Assembly: GCA_012295275.1 (NCBI GenBank)
Contig: CM022676.1
Coordinates: forward strand, 1,178,001-1,242,000
Source of the DNA: Chrysomallon squamiferum
Taxonomy: Eukaryota; Animalia; Mollusca
Direction of reading: 5' to 3'
DNA: 64,000 nucleotides
The notes beneath the pieces were generated by a model. It was not told the origin of the DNA. It searched no databases and worked only from the letters and a program-made list of their open reading frames with translations. Position numbers and translations under genes: made by a program. Shown piece after piece: positions 38,535 to 51,505 of the stretch (its first letter is position 1; each line of letters starts with the position of its first letter).

Positions 38535-41177
38535 ATTGATGATAATAATTAATAATAAAATAAATGGGAAAAAAGGGGAAACAACACAATTCAAAATAAA
38601 TTTAAAAAAATAATAATAAACAAACAAACAAACAAACAAACAAACAAATAAAAAATAAAACAAAGCAAAAACAATAATTCAGAGAAAAGAAAATTAAACA
38701 CAGAAGTGACATTTTATTGATACTTTGGGAATTGCTCTTGAAAAAGAAAATCTTGTTATAGAAAATTTTAACTGATCTAGTCCTGTATTTAAATTTATAA
38801 TGCTGAATTGAATTTTCTTTCATGGAGATATTACTAAGAAATAGATAAATAGGTAGATAGGTATATATTAGATAGACAGACAGAGAAATAGTTAGATAAA
38901 CAGACATATAGACAGATAAATAGAGATAGACAGATAAATGAAGATAGACAGATAGACAGAAAATTAGTAATTATTAAAAACAATTATATTTTTCTTCTAC
39001 AAATCTGGAATAATGATTAAAGTCACAAACATAAAATGGTATTTAAATCATTAATAAAACAAGAAAATGCAAATATAATCAACAATGAAATATAAAATTA
39101 AAAACACAATATTTTTTTTCAACAATTCTTACCATAATCTTCATCATCTACTTCTTCCCTTACTGGTTTCAATTATATGATATAAAATAATTAAATATAT
39201 TCGGTATTTCACATTATGTTAAGCATAATGACTAAATAACAACATCAGATATTCTATCTGACTGTTCATTTTTCTGCAGCTGTTTCTGTTTATATAATAA
39301 GAACTTGTAAAGTAACAGGCTAAAGTAGAGTAAAGAAAGAGTATATTAATGGAAAGAGTACAGTAATTCAGACATAAAACAAAAACAATCTTTCAAATCT
39401 CTTGCTTCAGCCAGTTTTTGAACTTTTCTCTTCCCCCTGCTCTACATTAAGAATTTACAACATCAAAATCTGTAATATCAGTAATACAATAATATTGTAA
39501 TACAGTGTTATTAACTGTTGATGATCCAAACTAATGCCTTGGTACTGGTTACTTTTACTACTTTTGAATTTTTGCTTTTAAGCAATACCAACCTTAGTAG
39601 GAAGAGCTTAATAAACTATAGTTCTAAAATATTAAAATAAACAGATTTACTACCAGATATAACACAACATGCATATGTTTATACACACACATACAGCCAC
39701 ACACATACATCAACACACACACACACACAGTCACACACACAAACACACACACACACACACAAAAAAGAAGAAAAAAGAAAGAATAATAAATTTCTCATTA
39801 TAACAAAACATTTTATTATTTGGATTAGAAGGAAGAAAAGAAACTCAAAACCCTTGAAATATTATCAAATGCATGTTACTGTTATTTACAAATTTTAGAA
39901 ACAAATACCATTCAGTGTGTTTCAGCAGATTCTGTAAAAGTAAATAAAAAACTAAACTTACAGTGTACAGTGAGTTTAATCTGAGTGCTGAGAGGCTTTT
40001 CTGTGATCAGGTTGGAAACCTCACAACGGTAGATGGCATTGTTATCACTGGCATCAACAATAAAGGTGTATTCATTCACAAATTTGTTAGCTCCACTGAA
40101 ATATGAATAGTCCACCTTCTCCTGATTTCTGTACCAAACTACCCTGGGTACTGGGTTGCCTCCTCGTGTGGTACATATCAGACGTATTGTGTCATTTACC
40201 CGAATCACTGTAGAATTGGAATAACCAGTTATCTGTGGAGGGCCAGGAGGTACTGAAAATATATTAAGAAGATATTTTTACACCCACACATTTTGAAATT
40301 AATCCAGATCATTATGAACCTACACATTATATATCTTGCCAGACTGATTAATTATAATAACCACAGCTGAGAACAGCTATGAAAGAGTTAATTAAAATAA
40401 GTAATTAATTAACTGTGTGTGTGTTTGTATGTCATAATGTTCATATCTAGTTAACAGTGATACAGCAATATTAAAAATAATATTTAAATCAACAATATTT
40501 GAATGATCTTTCTATCAATTCCATTTCATGTTAGATTTAAGGAACTTTCTGTTGGTATAAAATAAACAATCATTTCTAGCAGCATAGTATTAAAAAAATT
40601 ATATTATATATATATATGTATATATATTATATGAAATGTATAAATTTATAATTTTTATTCATTTATCATTCATTCATTCACCCTATATCCATTTATTTAT
40701 TTATTTATTTATTTATTAGTTTTAAGTTATTTATTTATTAATTTGTTGCACAACTTACCTAGAATGGTAATATTTACAACAGTGGATAAGACATCTCCTT
40801 GTAAAGCACTGTTAGTTGCATGACATGAATACAAAACGTTGTTCTCCTCATAACTATGTCGCCAGGTAATTGTAATCACACTCTTTGCATTCATCCTTTT
40901 GTCACCAGGAATTTCATCAACTGAATATTTGATATTTTTGGTAACCTTCACTCCATTCCTGTACCATTCTAAAGCAGCAGGCGGCCTACCATTCCTGGCA
41001 ACACATGTCAACTCTACCTTAAACTTAGTGTTAGGTACATTGACACTGGATCCATTACTGTAGCCTTCAATCTCTGGCATGTCAGGAGGAACTGTAATAA
41101 TAATAACAATAATAATAATAATAGGGGTTAATAATAATAATAACAATAATAATAATAGTGTTAATAATAATAATAAC

Positions 41178-41209
<32 letters not shown>

Positions 41210-41485
41210 TAGTAGTAATAGTAATAATTACAGTGATAATAATATTTATATGTTGTGTGTACATGTATTTTGTAAATTTTGCACAAAATATCTCACAATT
41301 GTGTTTAAACATTTCTGTTAATAAAGACAACATAACATTAAAAATTTTAAAATCAGTGTTAACATACTATAAAAATGTATAAAACTATTATTAATATGAA
41401 TAAATTTAAATCATAATAACAGTTTTAAGAAATATGATTTTGACATACATTAAAATTATAAATGAACAAAGCCCAAGTTTAAATG

Positions 41486-41528
<43 letters not shown>

Positions 41529-44458
41529 TAAAGAGACTTTATGAATGTGTGAGAGTATATATGTGAATATGTGTTCATGTGCATACTTGCTTGAGCATGA
41601 GTGTTAATGCATGTGTCTGTATGTGTTTGCATGTTTGAATATATGTGTGAATATATGACTACAAGCTCATGTCTGTTTGTGTGTTGATATATTTGTGAAT
41701 GTAAGCATGCTTGTTTTTGTGCATACATGTTTATATCTGGTTGTCATATTTACCTAGAACAGTGAGAAAAGCTGAAGCTTGTATAGCTGGATCACCATTG
41801 GATCCTGGTAAAACCTGGCAGTTATATTCCGCATCATCTTCAAGATGTGTATTTTCAATATGCAAGTTGAACTCCTCTCCATTTGAAGACACATGTAAAC
41901 GTTTATAGCCTGGAATTTCTGGATTAAAACCTGTAGTGATTTAAAAATATATTTTTATAGTGTATCATAATTTATTAACTGTATTTTAAAATCACAGTTT
42001 TGAAGGAGAGAGAGAAATAACAGAGTGAATGTATTTGTGTTTGTATGATTATGTATATCTGTGTGTTAACAAATAAAGATTATGAGTTGATATCAAATAG
42101 CTTTTTGCAGATAAATACATATACATATAAAATTAAAGAATCTACAGCATGAGTGCAGATTTTCTGAAGATGTGAACAACAGTGTGAGTGCAACATGTTA
42201 ACAACTGTTTAAATTAATTTGTTTTTCTGTTAATTGTTAAAAATATTGATGTCTACAAATTGTTTAAAATATATAAATTATGATAGTTAAGTATTGAAAA
42301 TTTTAATGATGTACAAAAGGATTTTTAAAATTTTTTCCTCTCTTTTTTCTTTATTCATATTATTTTTTTTTAAGTCTATGTGACTTATATATATTCTCTT
42401 AATATATAAACCAATCTTGTCTCAGGATCTTCTATTTTTTGTAAATGTAAATAAGATCAAATGTATACAAAACCAGCTAGTTAAAGGAAATTGACAATTT
42501 TATTTTCATGTTTTCAGAAGACTGTTATAGATTTCTCTGTCATAATTTAATGCTTTCTTCTAAGTATAGCAAATCTTTAAAAAATTAAAATAAACATTTA
42601 AAACACTGCAAGGTTATTAACATTTCCTGCCAGATGTTTCAATTTTCTTTCTATCCACCTCATTTGCAATACTCAAGTTTCACTGATGAAAATAAATAAT
42701 TATATTAATAATGCTCCATATTAATAATTTCTATAAAAATGCACAGGCTCTGTAACAATTCATCATATTAGTTTAGTTTTTTTTAATTTTCTCAATACCC
42801 AGCTGTTCTTGTTATCCTTTGAACACGGTTGTCACTGAGAATTAATTAAATTTATCAACAGATCAAACCAAAAACCACTGACAAATTTAGCATGTTTTTC
42901 CAGAAATCTTTTTCCAGAAATATAAATTTATTTTACCAGACAATGCATTTTAATTACCAGTCAGAATTAGATTTAATTATAAAAGTTATCTCCATATCAG
43001 TGTCTACTGTACTGCTATTTTGCAATTTATTTCATCTTCAATGCATATTAAAAAAAAATAATTGAATTACTTTTAAAATTAATAAAAACATTCAGCACTG
43101 AAGGACCTTACAACAGTCAAGTGATAAGAAAATATTGCAGATTTTAAAGAATATTATTATGGAATGTGTGAAAAGTTAAGTTTTGATGTAGTTTATGCTA
43201 GATTTATAAACCTGTGGGGGTGCAAATAAAATTTTACTAATAAATAAAATAAATTTCAAAAAAAAAAAAAATATGATATATGATTAAGTAAAACAAATCA
43301 AAACAAATAATACTAATAATACTAATAGTAATAGTGATAGTAATAAAAAAAAAAAAAAAAAATCGACTTGAAAATAAAATCAATAATAATATTAAATTAA
43401 TAACAAAATGGAGATTTGGTGAACAAATTTAATATTAGTTAATTATTCATAAAATATAAAATTTTGTTTCTAATTGTATTTTATATTTTTGTTTTTAACA
43501 ATGCAGTCAATAACCAATGCATTTAAAACAAAATCTTTTCTTTCATTTTCAAATAAAATGTAATATACCTTAGTGTTAGAACCTAACTATTACACTGTCT
43601 GATAATTACCATTAACATCTAGATATACAAACATAATAAATATTTCATTGACAAGCAAGTTCTTAATTTTGATACTGACGTTGAATAATTGAAATGCCAG
43701 AACTGCACCTCAGGTGATTATGGTAAACATCAAAGTTACTTCTGATTTAGTTTGGTATGCCTAATGTGCATGAAACAGAAGATAACTGCTGAATTAGTAG
43801 TAAGAAATGACCATGTGAGAATGTTTCACTATTAGTCACATACAAACATGTTTAAGAAAACTGGATCATAGCCAAACTGATGTAACTGGTTTTCTAAGAG
43901 ACAAATAAAGTGAATGTTTCAGAAGAAATATTAACAATGACATGATAAGCTAAATAAATACAGAACTGGTAATGACTGAGACAAAATATTTGGTAAAGAT
44001 GTATAGACAGTGATCATAAACATGTTACTATTTTCTTCTGGTTTTTACATAGCAATCTAAACCACAGATTTATTAGTTCAGTTACACTGAATATATATGT
44101 AGTTTGTATTTTATTTCTATATTTACCACCATCAGAATCATTATCAGATACATTTTATACATTAAGTCATTAACAATCTTGCTGAGTTTATTAATATTTG
44201 TATTTGTCCTTTCATGTACAACAAGACAGCCAGAAGAAAAATATCACTTGAAGATATAAAATGATTTTTTTTTTCTTATTCTGTATGCTAATTATTTTTA
44301 TTTCCTAATTATAGACTCTCTCTCATATCCACATCCACCTAGCCACATCACACATACAAAACATGCACATGCACACTCCATACATAACTTTCTTTTAATT
44401 CTACCTGAAATAATTTCCTCTCTTAATTTTCTTACAGATAAAATAGTGTTTGTAAATG

Positions 44459-44521
<63 letters not shown>

Positions 44522-47398
44522 TTAATAATATTAATAATAATAATAAGTAGTAGTGGTAGTAGTAGTAGTAGTAGTGGTAGTAGTAGTAGTAGTGGTAGTA
44601 GTAGTAGTACAGGTAGTAGTAGTAATAATAATAATAACAACAATAATAATAATAGTGAAAAAGAAAAGAAATGCTTTTCATTGACTTCCACTCCCAGTTT
44701 CCTGTAGGTCTTGCTTTATTTAGAAGGATCTAAAATGTTAAAGTTCTTGTAAATACTGCCATGGCACCATGACTTACTATGTTTACATAACATAACATTT
44801 ATTGTTCTCACCAGACAGCAAACTATTTTACTGCAACAACACAGCACCGAAAAAAAATTACTGACATTTCATTTAGTTTTAAAATAACACCTTAACAAAA
44901 TATAGCATTCTTGAAAACATTACTAAAGTAGTTGAGTGTACATTTACTAAACTTTTGTCCAGGCTGACAACAAAAGCATTGTGTGTTTTATCTTTGTGTC
45001 ATCACCATTCCATTTTCACAAGATAGACCTATGTGTCAGTTATCTCAAGAATGGCATATATGTCTTTTTTTTTTTTACCTCACTTTATTTTTACCTCTTT
45101 CTTCCTTAGTTTCTTTTTTTCTTTCTTTTTTTTTCTTTTATTTTCTGAATTTTTTTCCCAATGTCATATAACTAATTTTTTCTTTACTTAATATTTTAAG
45201 GATTTTTTTATCTGAACTATTTTAGTTCATTTTTCTCAAATTCTTTTTACTTTGTTCATTTCAGACATATTATGAGAATAACTCAAGACTGGGAGAGCAT
45301 CTTTCATACCAGTTAACAAAGACGGAAATATACAAAGAAAGCTAATATATACATATTTAAATTATATGAATTAACACTGACAATATGATGGTATCAATAC
45401 TAATTACTTATATTTATGTTGCTGTAATGAGAAAGAGGCTATATATCAATGAGATGTGTAACTTGCATTAATAATTATTAATGTTAAATTATAAAGATCT
45501 AACTTTAAATTTTTGTTTGTTCATTCCAGTCTTGTGTTTTACAAGAGTTCTGACCAAGACATGTTAAAAAAAATATATGAAAAAAGATTAAAAGAAAAAT
45601 ATTCCTATTTAAAGAATTAAAGTAAATTAGTCTACTGTCTATGGTGCTAATTGTCATGTAATATCAGACACAGATCTAGGTACAAGCAATATAATGTAAT
45701 GGAAACAAGTTGAGGGAGCCATGAAAAAGCACAAGTAATCATGGCTTTTGCCTATCTATCGTGTGGATGTTCTCGGAAGATACAGCTCTGTCTGGAGATG
45801 AAAGAAAGCAATCAACTTTGTTTCACCAGTAACAATACCTATATAATTAGGTGGCCTACAGAGACTGGGAGTCTAACTCAATTTGTAGCTGGCAAGATAA
45901 TGTTTATGGTTGCTGCTTGAAAGTTGTTAAAGCAGCTCAATTTCACTGACAGTCCATGCTGAAAAAGCTATTTGACAGGCAAGACGTATCATTAAAGGAA
46001 TTTTCTTGTAATTATACGAAATTAAAAAAAATAAAATTATAAAACGAAAACTAAAAACATTATTTTTAATTTAAGATTGAAGACTGCTTTTAATCAACAG
46101 TAATTTAATAGAAAAATGATCTGGCAAACACTTATTAAATATTCATATAAGAAGGTTTGTTACTTAGTGATGAAATTTTGTTATTAAATTATATTGTTTA
46201 AATTCTCCTTTAACAAAGAACCAATGAGTGATATCAAATGCATTTTTCTGTGAGAAAAGTAACAATGGTTTACTAATGTCTTTATTTCTAAAATAAAATG
46301 TATTCTTTTAGAGTTTTGTATTTAAAAATCATCATCATTATTTAAAATTTCTCCAAAATAACTATTAAGACATTTTCTACAGTTCTTTTGGGCAGATGCA
46401 TAAGCATATACCAGATGCAAAGAAAATGAAGGTAATTTAGTATTTAAACAGAGAAATTTTCTATCAAATAGGTCCTGTAGTACAAACCCTGCTGGAAAAG
46501 CAACGCTGTCATTTGTTAGTGAAAATGTTGGGTTCACTAAACTAAAGATTTGCATTTAGTTTCATTTATAGTAAAAAAAAAAAAAACTTTTTTTTATCTT
46601 CTTAAACTTCATACAATATTTTTTAATTTAAAAGAAAAGTTTTTGTGGAGTGAAGAATTTCAAAAGTCACTAATGGAATCTAATTTTCTTTTCTACATTT
46701 TGAAAAGACCACACTATTTCATTTTTTCTTTAATTCCACGGGAGTGTTCTATTTATATTTGCTGTAATATCACAGAATGAAAATAGTTTGTGTGGTAGAA
46801 TGGATCCCTGTAGATATTTCTGTGTATTTGTTCACTAATAGCTCAACAAACAATGTGAGAAAATATGAGGCAATGGCACACAGGTGCTGTCTGATTTTTA
46901 TCAGGATTTCTCAGATTCTTAAAACATGCACAACAGCTTTTTATCAGCTGAAATTTTGGGTCAAATTTATTTTAAAAAAACAAAACAATAAGGATAAAAA
47001 TTTAAAAAATGATGGATTAAAAAGAAAAGACTATAATATTAAAAAATCAACAATATAAAAATTAATATAACTTAAAAAAAAAAAAATAATAATATACAGG
47101 TAAAATACTAACACTAATAATGACAATGGATGATGATGATAAGAAGATGAAAAATCATCAAATGAATAGTTTCTAGCACTGTTAAGTGGTTCTAAATATT
47201 TATATGATTACATATATTTTTTAATTTTGTAAATAGGTCACACTTGCGTTTCAGAAGTTGGCAGGAAGACATACTGTTTTGATATTATTTGATATACTAA
47301 AAATTAATATCATAAGGAACCTAATTGAATAAGTGTAATGAAATCTATCAGAGAAGAAACATAAAGTAGATAAAGTTTGGAAGCAAAATTTTATTTTC

Positions 47399-47477
<79 letters not shown>

Positions 47478-48553
47478 ATTTCAACATAATAAACAGATAA
47501 AAATAAAATGCTGAATAAAACACAAAAATGCAGATTACATTGGTAGTTGTACATAATTCTTTTTTACTGTGAGAAATGTTTAACTTGACTAAGTGGAAGC
47601 ACTTATTTACAAGAAGGAAACCTGTTCTGCATTGACCTCAATACCATCTTTTCTGACAGGAAAAATAATAAAAATACCTAAACTAATGTAAATGTGAAAC
47701 GACTTCATAATGTTATTCTATTTTTCATGGTCAGAAATAGGTAAAAATGAAAACAAGATGGCAGAAATGAAATAAATAACTTGCAAATGTATTGACAATT
47801 TAATTTCTATACATCAACAGTAACTTTATGAATGGATTGATAAAATATAAAAAGCTATTAATAGTTGAAGATTATTTTAAAACAATAAAATATATTAAGC
47901 TTTTGCTGTTATATTAAAGAAATAGTAACTGAGGAGAAATTCCCAAATGTACACTCTGAAGAGGTATCTTGAAAAATGTAATAATATAACTATCTTCAGA
48001 AGAAAAAAAAAGTCCTCTGCAGAATATAATGTGAATCTGTCACACGAGGGTAAAATTCATTTAATGTGAATAGCTGAACAAGATCAATGCATTTATTTAA
48101 TGAAATCTGGAATCAATGATAAATTAAACTTGCTTTTTAATAATAACTTCTCCAGCCAGATACATCAGTAACAAAATGAACATAACCAATATATTGATAT
48201 TAGAACTTATGACAGACAAGTTAATCTAGATCTGAAACCATGTCTTTATACCAAGTCTTTTAAATATACAGATATTACATACCAAGAGCAAATCCATCCT
48301 TGGTCCATTGAATTTTACCAACTCGGTCCTTCACAGAACAGCGCATCACAGCAGACAGGCCCAAAATCACAGACGTGTTCTGAGGTTTCTCACTAAACCG
48401 TTGTCTTCCTAACACTGGAATTAAAAGATTGCATGGATAAAAATATAAATAATGTAGATATAAATTAATATTGTAAGGTGATGCAATAAGAAGGATAAAT
48501 GAACTATTATAGATGCTCATATAAATTGATAAAAACATATCCACCATAACACA

Positions 48554-48584
<31 letters not shown>

Positions 48585-48870
48585 CACAAAACCATATAAA
48601 CATACTAACAGACATATACATCCATGCACATGGCCAGAACCAAACACACGCACACATACCCAAATATCCATACTTTGAATATATACAACAAACACATATT
48701 GTTAATAAAAAAAATGTCTTTCTATTTAATCATAATTTTACAAAACTTACAGATATATGATACAGTTATAAGTAATCCACAACAAATGCTTATAAATAAT
48801 TCAGCTTACCTTGTGCAATTACAAGTGAGATAAGTATCACAAAAGTAATCTCAAAATGATTGGCCTCCAT
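20940..48870 (-). CDS. NPHS1: Nephrin / Sticks-and-stones / SYG-2 family adhesion protein (signal peptide, 9 Ig, FN3, TM, cytoplasmic tail)
   Basis: Phase-consistent GT-AG exons: 48870-48810 (MEANHFEITFVILISLVIAQ); 48414-48283 and 41930-41754 (Ig1, QWTKDGFALG...LEDDAEYNCQV); 41091-40759 (Ig2); 40252-39962 (Ig3); 33788-33486 (Ig4); 32827-32702 and 32024-31860 (Ig5); 31609-31307 (Ig6); 30936-30652 (Ig7); 30036-29758 (Ig8); 29405-29287 and 28656-28473 (Ig9); 28221-28033 and 27845-27747 (FN3, WKPGFDGG); 26655-26494 (TM, then RRRKKK); 25974-25853; 25613-25511; 24488-24268; 23868-23784; 21064-20940. The C-terminus EMRGYLV* resembles the ELRGHLV* end of vertebrate nephrin. Confidence 0.93.
21492..21521 (-). 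CDS. Nephrin candidate cytoplasmic microexon (30 nt): (G/S)FETKEEKST
   Basis: tttttaaaacag|GTTTTGAAACCAAAGAAGAAAAAAGTACTG|gtgact; phase 1-1, GAA-rich. Confidence 0.6.
23236..23320 (-). promoter_or_regulatory. Cluster of Rbfox-type TGCATG intronic splicing elements
   Basis: Minus-strand TGCATG at 23236-41, 23258-63 and 23315-20, plus GCATG near 23278, about 120-205 nt downstream of the 21-nt microexon. Confidence 0.55.
23442..23462 (-). CDS. Nephrin candidate cytoplasmic microexon (21 nt): (D)LPAFPS
   Basis: ttttaattcgtcag|ATCTACCTGCATTCCCTTCCA|gtaaat; phase 1-1, with a TGCATG cluster downstream. Confidence 0.6.
27430..27459 (-). CDS. Nephrin candidate stalk microexon (30 nt, sequon NET): (T)EKPFNFNET
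   Basis: tttttaacag|CTGAAAAGCCATTTAATTTTAATGAGACTG|gtgaga; phase 1-1, between the FN3 and TM exons. Confidence 0.75.
27476..27533. repeat. Short tandem duplication (~25 bp x2)
   Basis: taaatgttcaagatgttttgaaata occurs twice in tandem, just upstream of the stalk microexon acceptor. Confidence 0.85.
32907..33030. repeat. Tandem duplication (~61 bp x2)
   Basis: atactctatatgtatgtgtgtgtgttgggggattacattctttaagttttcaatttaccat is repeated almost exactly. Confidence 0.9.
36094..36123 (-). CDS. Nephrin candidate microexon F (30 nt, sequon NVS): (D)SIVAKNVSY
   Basis: ttattattttag|ATTCTATTGTAGCAAAAAATGTTAGTTACG|gtgaga; phase 1-1. Confidence 0.75.
36457..36486 (-). CDS. Nephrin candidate microexon E (30 nt, sequon NIT): (E)FLATENITI
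   Basis: tcattatag|AATTTCTAGCTACAGAAAATATTACCATTG|gtaaga; phase 1-1. Two internal in-frame AGs could give 21- or 15-nt versions. Confidence 0.75.
37118..37147 (-). CDS. Nephrin candidate microexon D (30 nt, sequon NTT): (G)LYFPENTTF
   Basis: tttcattctag|GTTTATATTTTCCTGAAAATACCACTTTTG|gtaagg; phase 1-1. Confidence 0.75.
37991..37999 (-). CDS. Nephrin candidate microexon C (9 nt): (V)IK
   Basis: ttgtttctggtttatgccttaacag|TCATCAAAG|gtatgt; phase 1-1, with TGC just upstream of the acceptor. Confidence 0.5.
38177..38203 (-). CDS. Nephrin candidate microexon B (27 nt): (E)EEIRKILV
   Basis: ttgacag|AAGAGGAGATCAGAAAAATTTTAGTTG|gtgaga; phase 1-1. Confidence 0.7.
39133..39162 (-). CDS. Nephrin candidate microexon A (30 nt, acidic): (L)REEVDDEDY
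   Basis: aaaccag|TAAGGGAAGAAGTAGATGATGAAGATTATG|gtaaga; phase 1-1, open frame, purine-rich like an exonic enhancer. Confidence 0.75.
44458..44655. repeat. (AAT)n/(AGT)n microsatellite
   Basis: Direct inspection; explains the poly-Y, -L, -I and -S ORFs. Confidence 0.95.
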
Positions 48871-49088
48871 GTTTTTCCTGTGTAAATGTGACAGGTTAAA
48901 ATTCAGATAGGCACTTTTTCATACACCACTGTATCAGCAGCACACCTCCACTCACAGCCAGTCAGAACACATCAACTATTGTAAGCAAGATGAAAAGGCA
49001 CTCAGTTAACTCCAGTCTCTGAATGGTACATCCAAATTTGAGCACAGATCTTTAAATGGTTGAAATCAATATGTCATGTTTTGAAAAT
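48871..49088 (-). other. Probable 5' UTR part of the nephrin first coding exon
   Basis: Acceptor-like ttttattctctgcag at 49089. A further candidate UTR exon spans 49915-49463 (acceptor tttttcttcag, donor GAAG|gtaaag). Confidence 0.45.
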
Positions 49089-51141
49089 CTGCAGAGAATA
49101 AAAATGTAATTTTAAAAAATAAAATTTCTTTTCTCTTTCAATTAATTAGTCTATGTAAAAAAAAAAAAAAAATTTTTTAAATTATAAAAAATAAACCGAC
49201 TGCTTAAAACATTGCATCTACTAATCTAAATGAAACATTAACCTGGATATTCTTTTTGAAATATATAACACAAGCAGCATATAGCAGGATATACTAAAAA
49301 TATAATTTTATATTTTACTTGAAATGAAGACACCTATCTGAAATTATATTCAATTTAAAATATCCAATTATAAAAATATTCAAATTGTTGAAGATGTTAA
49401 ATTGGTACTACACTTCAATCAATCATAACAATCTCGAAATATTTTATTCTTTACAGCTTTACCTTCAAGAAATGCTGATACTATTTCAAGCAATCGTGTT
49501 GTCTTTACAACACATCATTTCCATTTAGTTTGGGTTGTCAGTTGTTTTTTCTTTCTTGTTTAAAATTGACACAAAAAGAACGACCATAAAAATCTGAAGA
49601 AGCAGAAATAGTCAAATGGTTCCTTTGAGTCTAGGAAAAGCTGAGTGTGGGAGAAATGTAGTGGACACTAAATTCACTTCTTTTCATTTTATCACACTGA
49701 CTGTTTATCATTCTAGATATATCAAGGAGAGAATCCAGACTGTGTTCAAATCACTCGAGTTTCATCATCTTTAATCAAATACGGAGCTTGGTAATCCTGG
49801 TACTGCAGAAAAGGCACATTCTGTGTGACACTGCATGGCACACATTTCTTTGTTGCTATATTCCTGTTGTGTGATGTCTGGCAAATATTCCTTCTTCAGA
49901 TGAGTTATGGAATTTCTGAAGAAAAAACAATAATAAAATAAAATAAAATAAATTTAAATGAAAAATAATAGAAGAAAAAAATAATAACAGAGGAATTAAA
50001 ATAAGAGAGGAATTATTTCAGGCCAATACTATCATCAGAGAAAATACAGTTTGTTAAAAAAAAATCACTGAATTAAACTGAAAATAAATTCTGTCATTTT
50101 TTTATATATTTGTATTTAGAAAAATTAGCATTATTGTATTAGAAAATTACAAATATATATTCACTCATGCATAACATAAAAATATACTGTTTATAGTGAC
50201 AAACATGCACACACACACATACACACATACACACACACACACACATGCACACACAAAACCAATAATGTTTGTTAATAAAATGGCTACAGGACTGCACACA
50301 TAACTCTATTTTTTTTCTTTTTCTTCTTGTATTCAATTTATTTATTTCATTTTTATTATTAACTGGATTTTAGGGTAAAAAAAACAATTAATTAAAAATT
50401 GAAACAAAAGAAAGAAAATTTAAGAAAGAAAAGATTAAAAATAATAAGAAAGCTTTTACAAAGATTTGTAAGGATTATATATTTTTTATTTCAATCAAAA
50501 AAATAAATAAATACATTATCTGAAATAAGAAAACTATATGTTTTGCACTATTTTTCAACACATAACCATACTGATCATATTCCAAACAACAACAGCTAAA
50601 ACAAATGTTGGAAAAAAATAAAATATGAACCCTTATTAAATCATTCCACAAAGATTCATCTAATATTCTCTCTACAGAACTTCTTGACCTTTCAGGCCGT
50701 ATCCGAGGGAGACCAGGACACACTGGAACGTGCATTAATTGTCAATGTGGAAAACTTATCAAACAGAAGATTGCCAACATTATGTTGTGTGGAGGATTGA
50801 ATTATGGAATTATGAGAACATCATCATGAATTCTTAACAAAACTGAGAGGTCATGCCTTCAGCCTCAAGACAGAGCTATATACATCAATATCTCAACACA
50901 CTGTAATTGCAAGTGTTGCTTCAGTAATAGTCAAGTAAGTGAGGTAATTCGAATCAATCAGTCTCAACTAAACTAGTTTAAATGTGTATTACTCTCAAAA
51001 ACATGTAACAACTTATATTAATATCACATTAAAAAACCAATACAACTGCTATCTGCATATCAGTATAATGTATGTAAATGAGCAGAAAACATGCGATTAA
51101 TGTAATATGCTGTTATTTAAAGAAGCTAAATTTACTATACC

Positions 51142-51173
<32 letters not shown>

Positions 51174-51473
51174 TTTTTAATGGTTCTAAATGAACAGTTT
51201 GTTTTTAATTATCTGATCTAAATATTTTGCTATCAACTGACCAAAGTTACTTCATTATAAATTCAGTTATTAAAATATAAAAAAAGATTTGAAAGAATGT
51301 GTGTGTGTGTGTGTGTGTGTGAATGCTTTTTTCTTACTTTATTTCTTTATCTGTATTTTTATTTTTTTTATTTTTTTCCCCTAATTTGTTATAATTACAT
51401 AAACATTGCAACTGTACAAATAACTATTTTTAATCTGGTGCTTTGATGCAATTTTTAACCCCTTTTACGTGTA

Positions 51474-51505
<32 letters not shown>

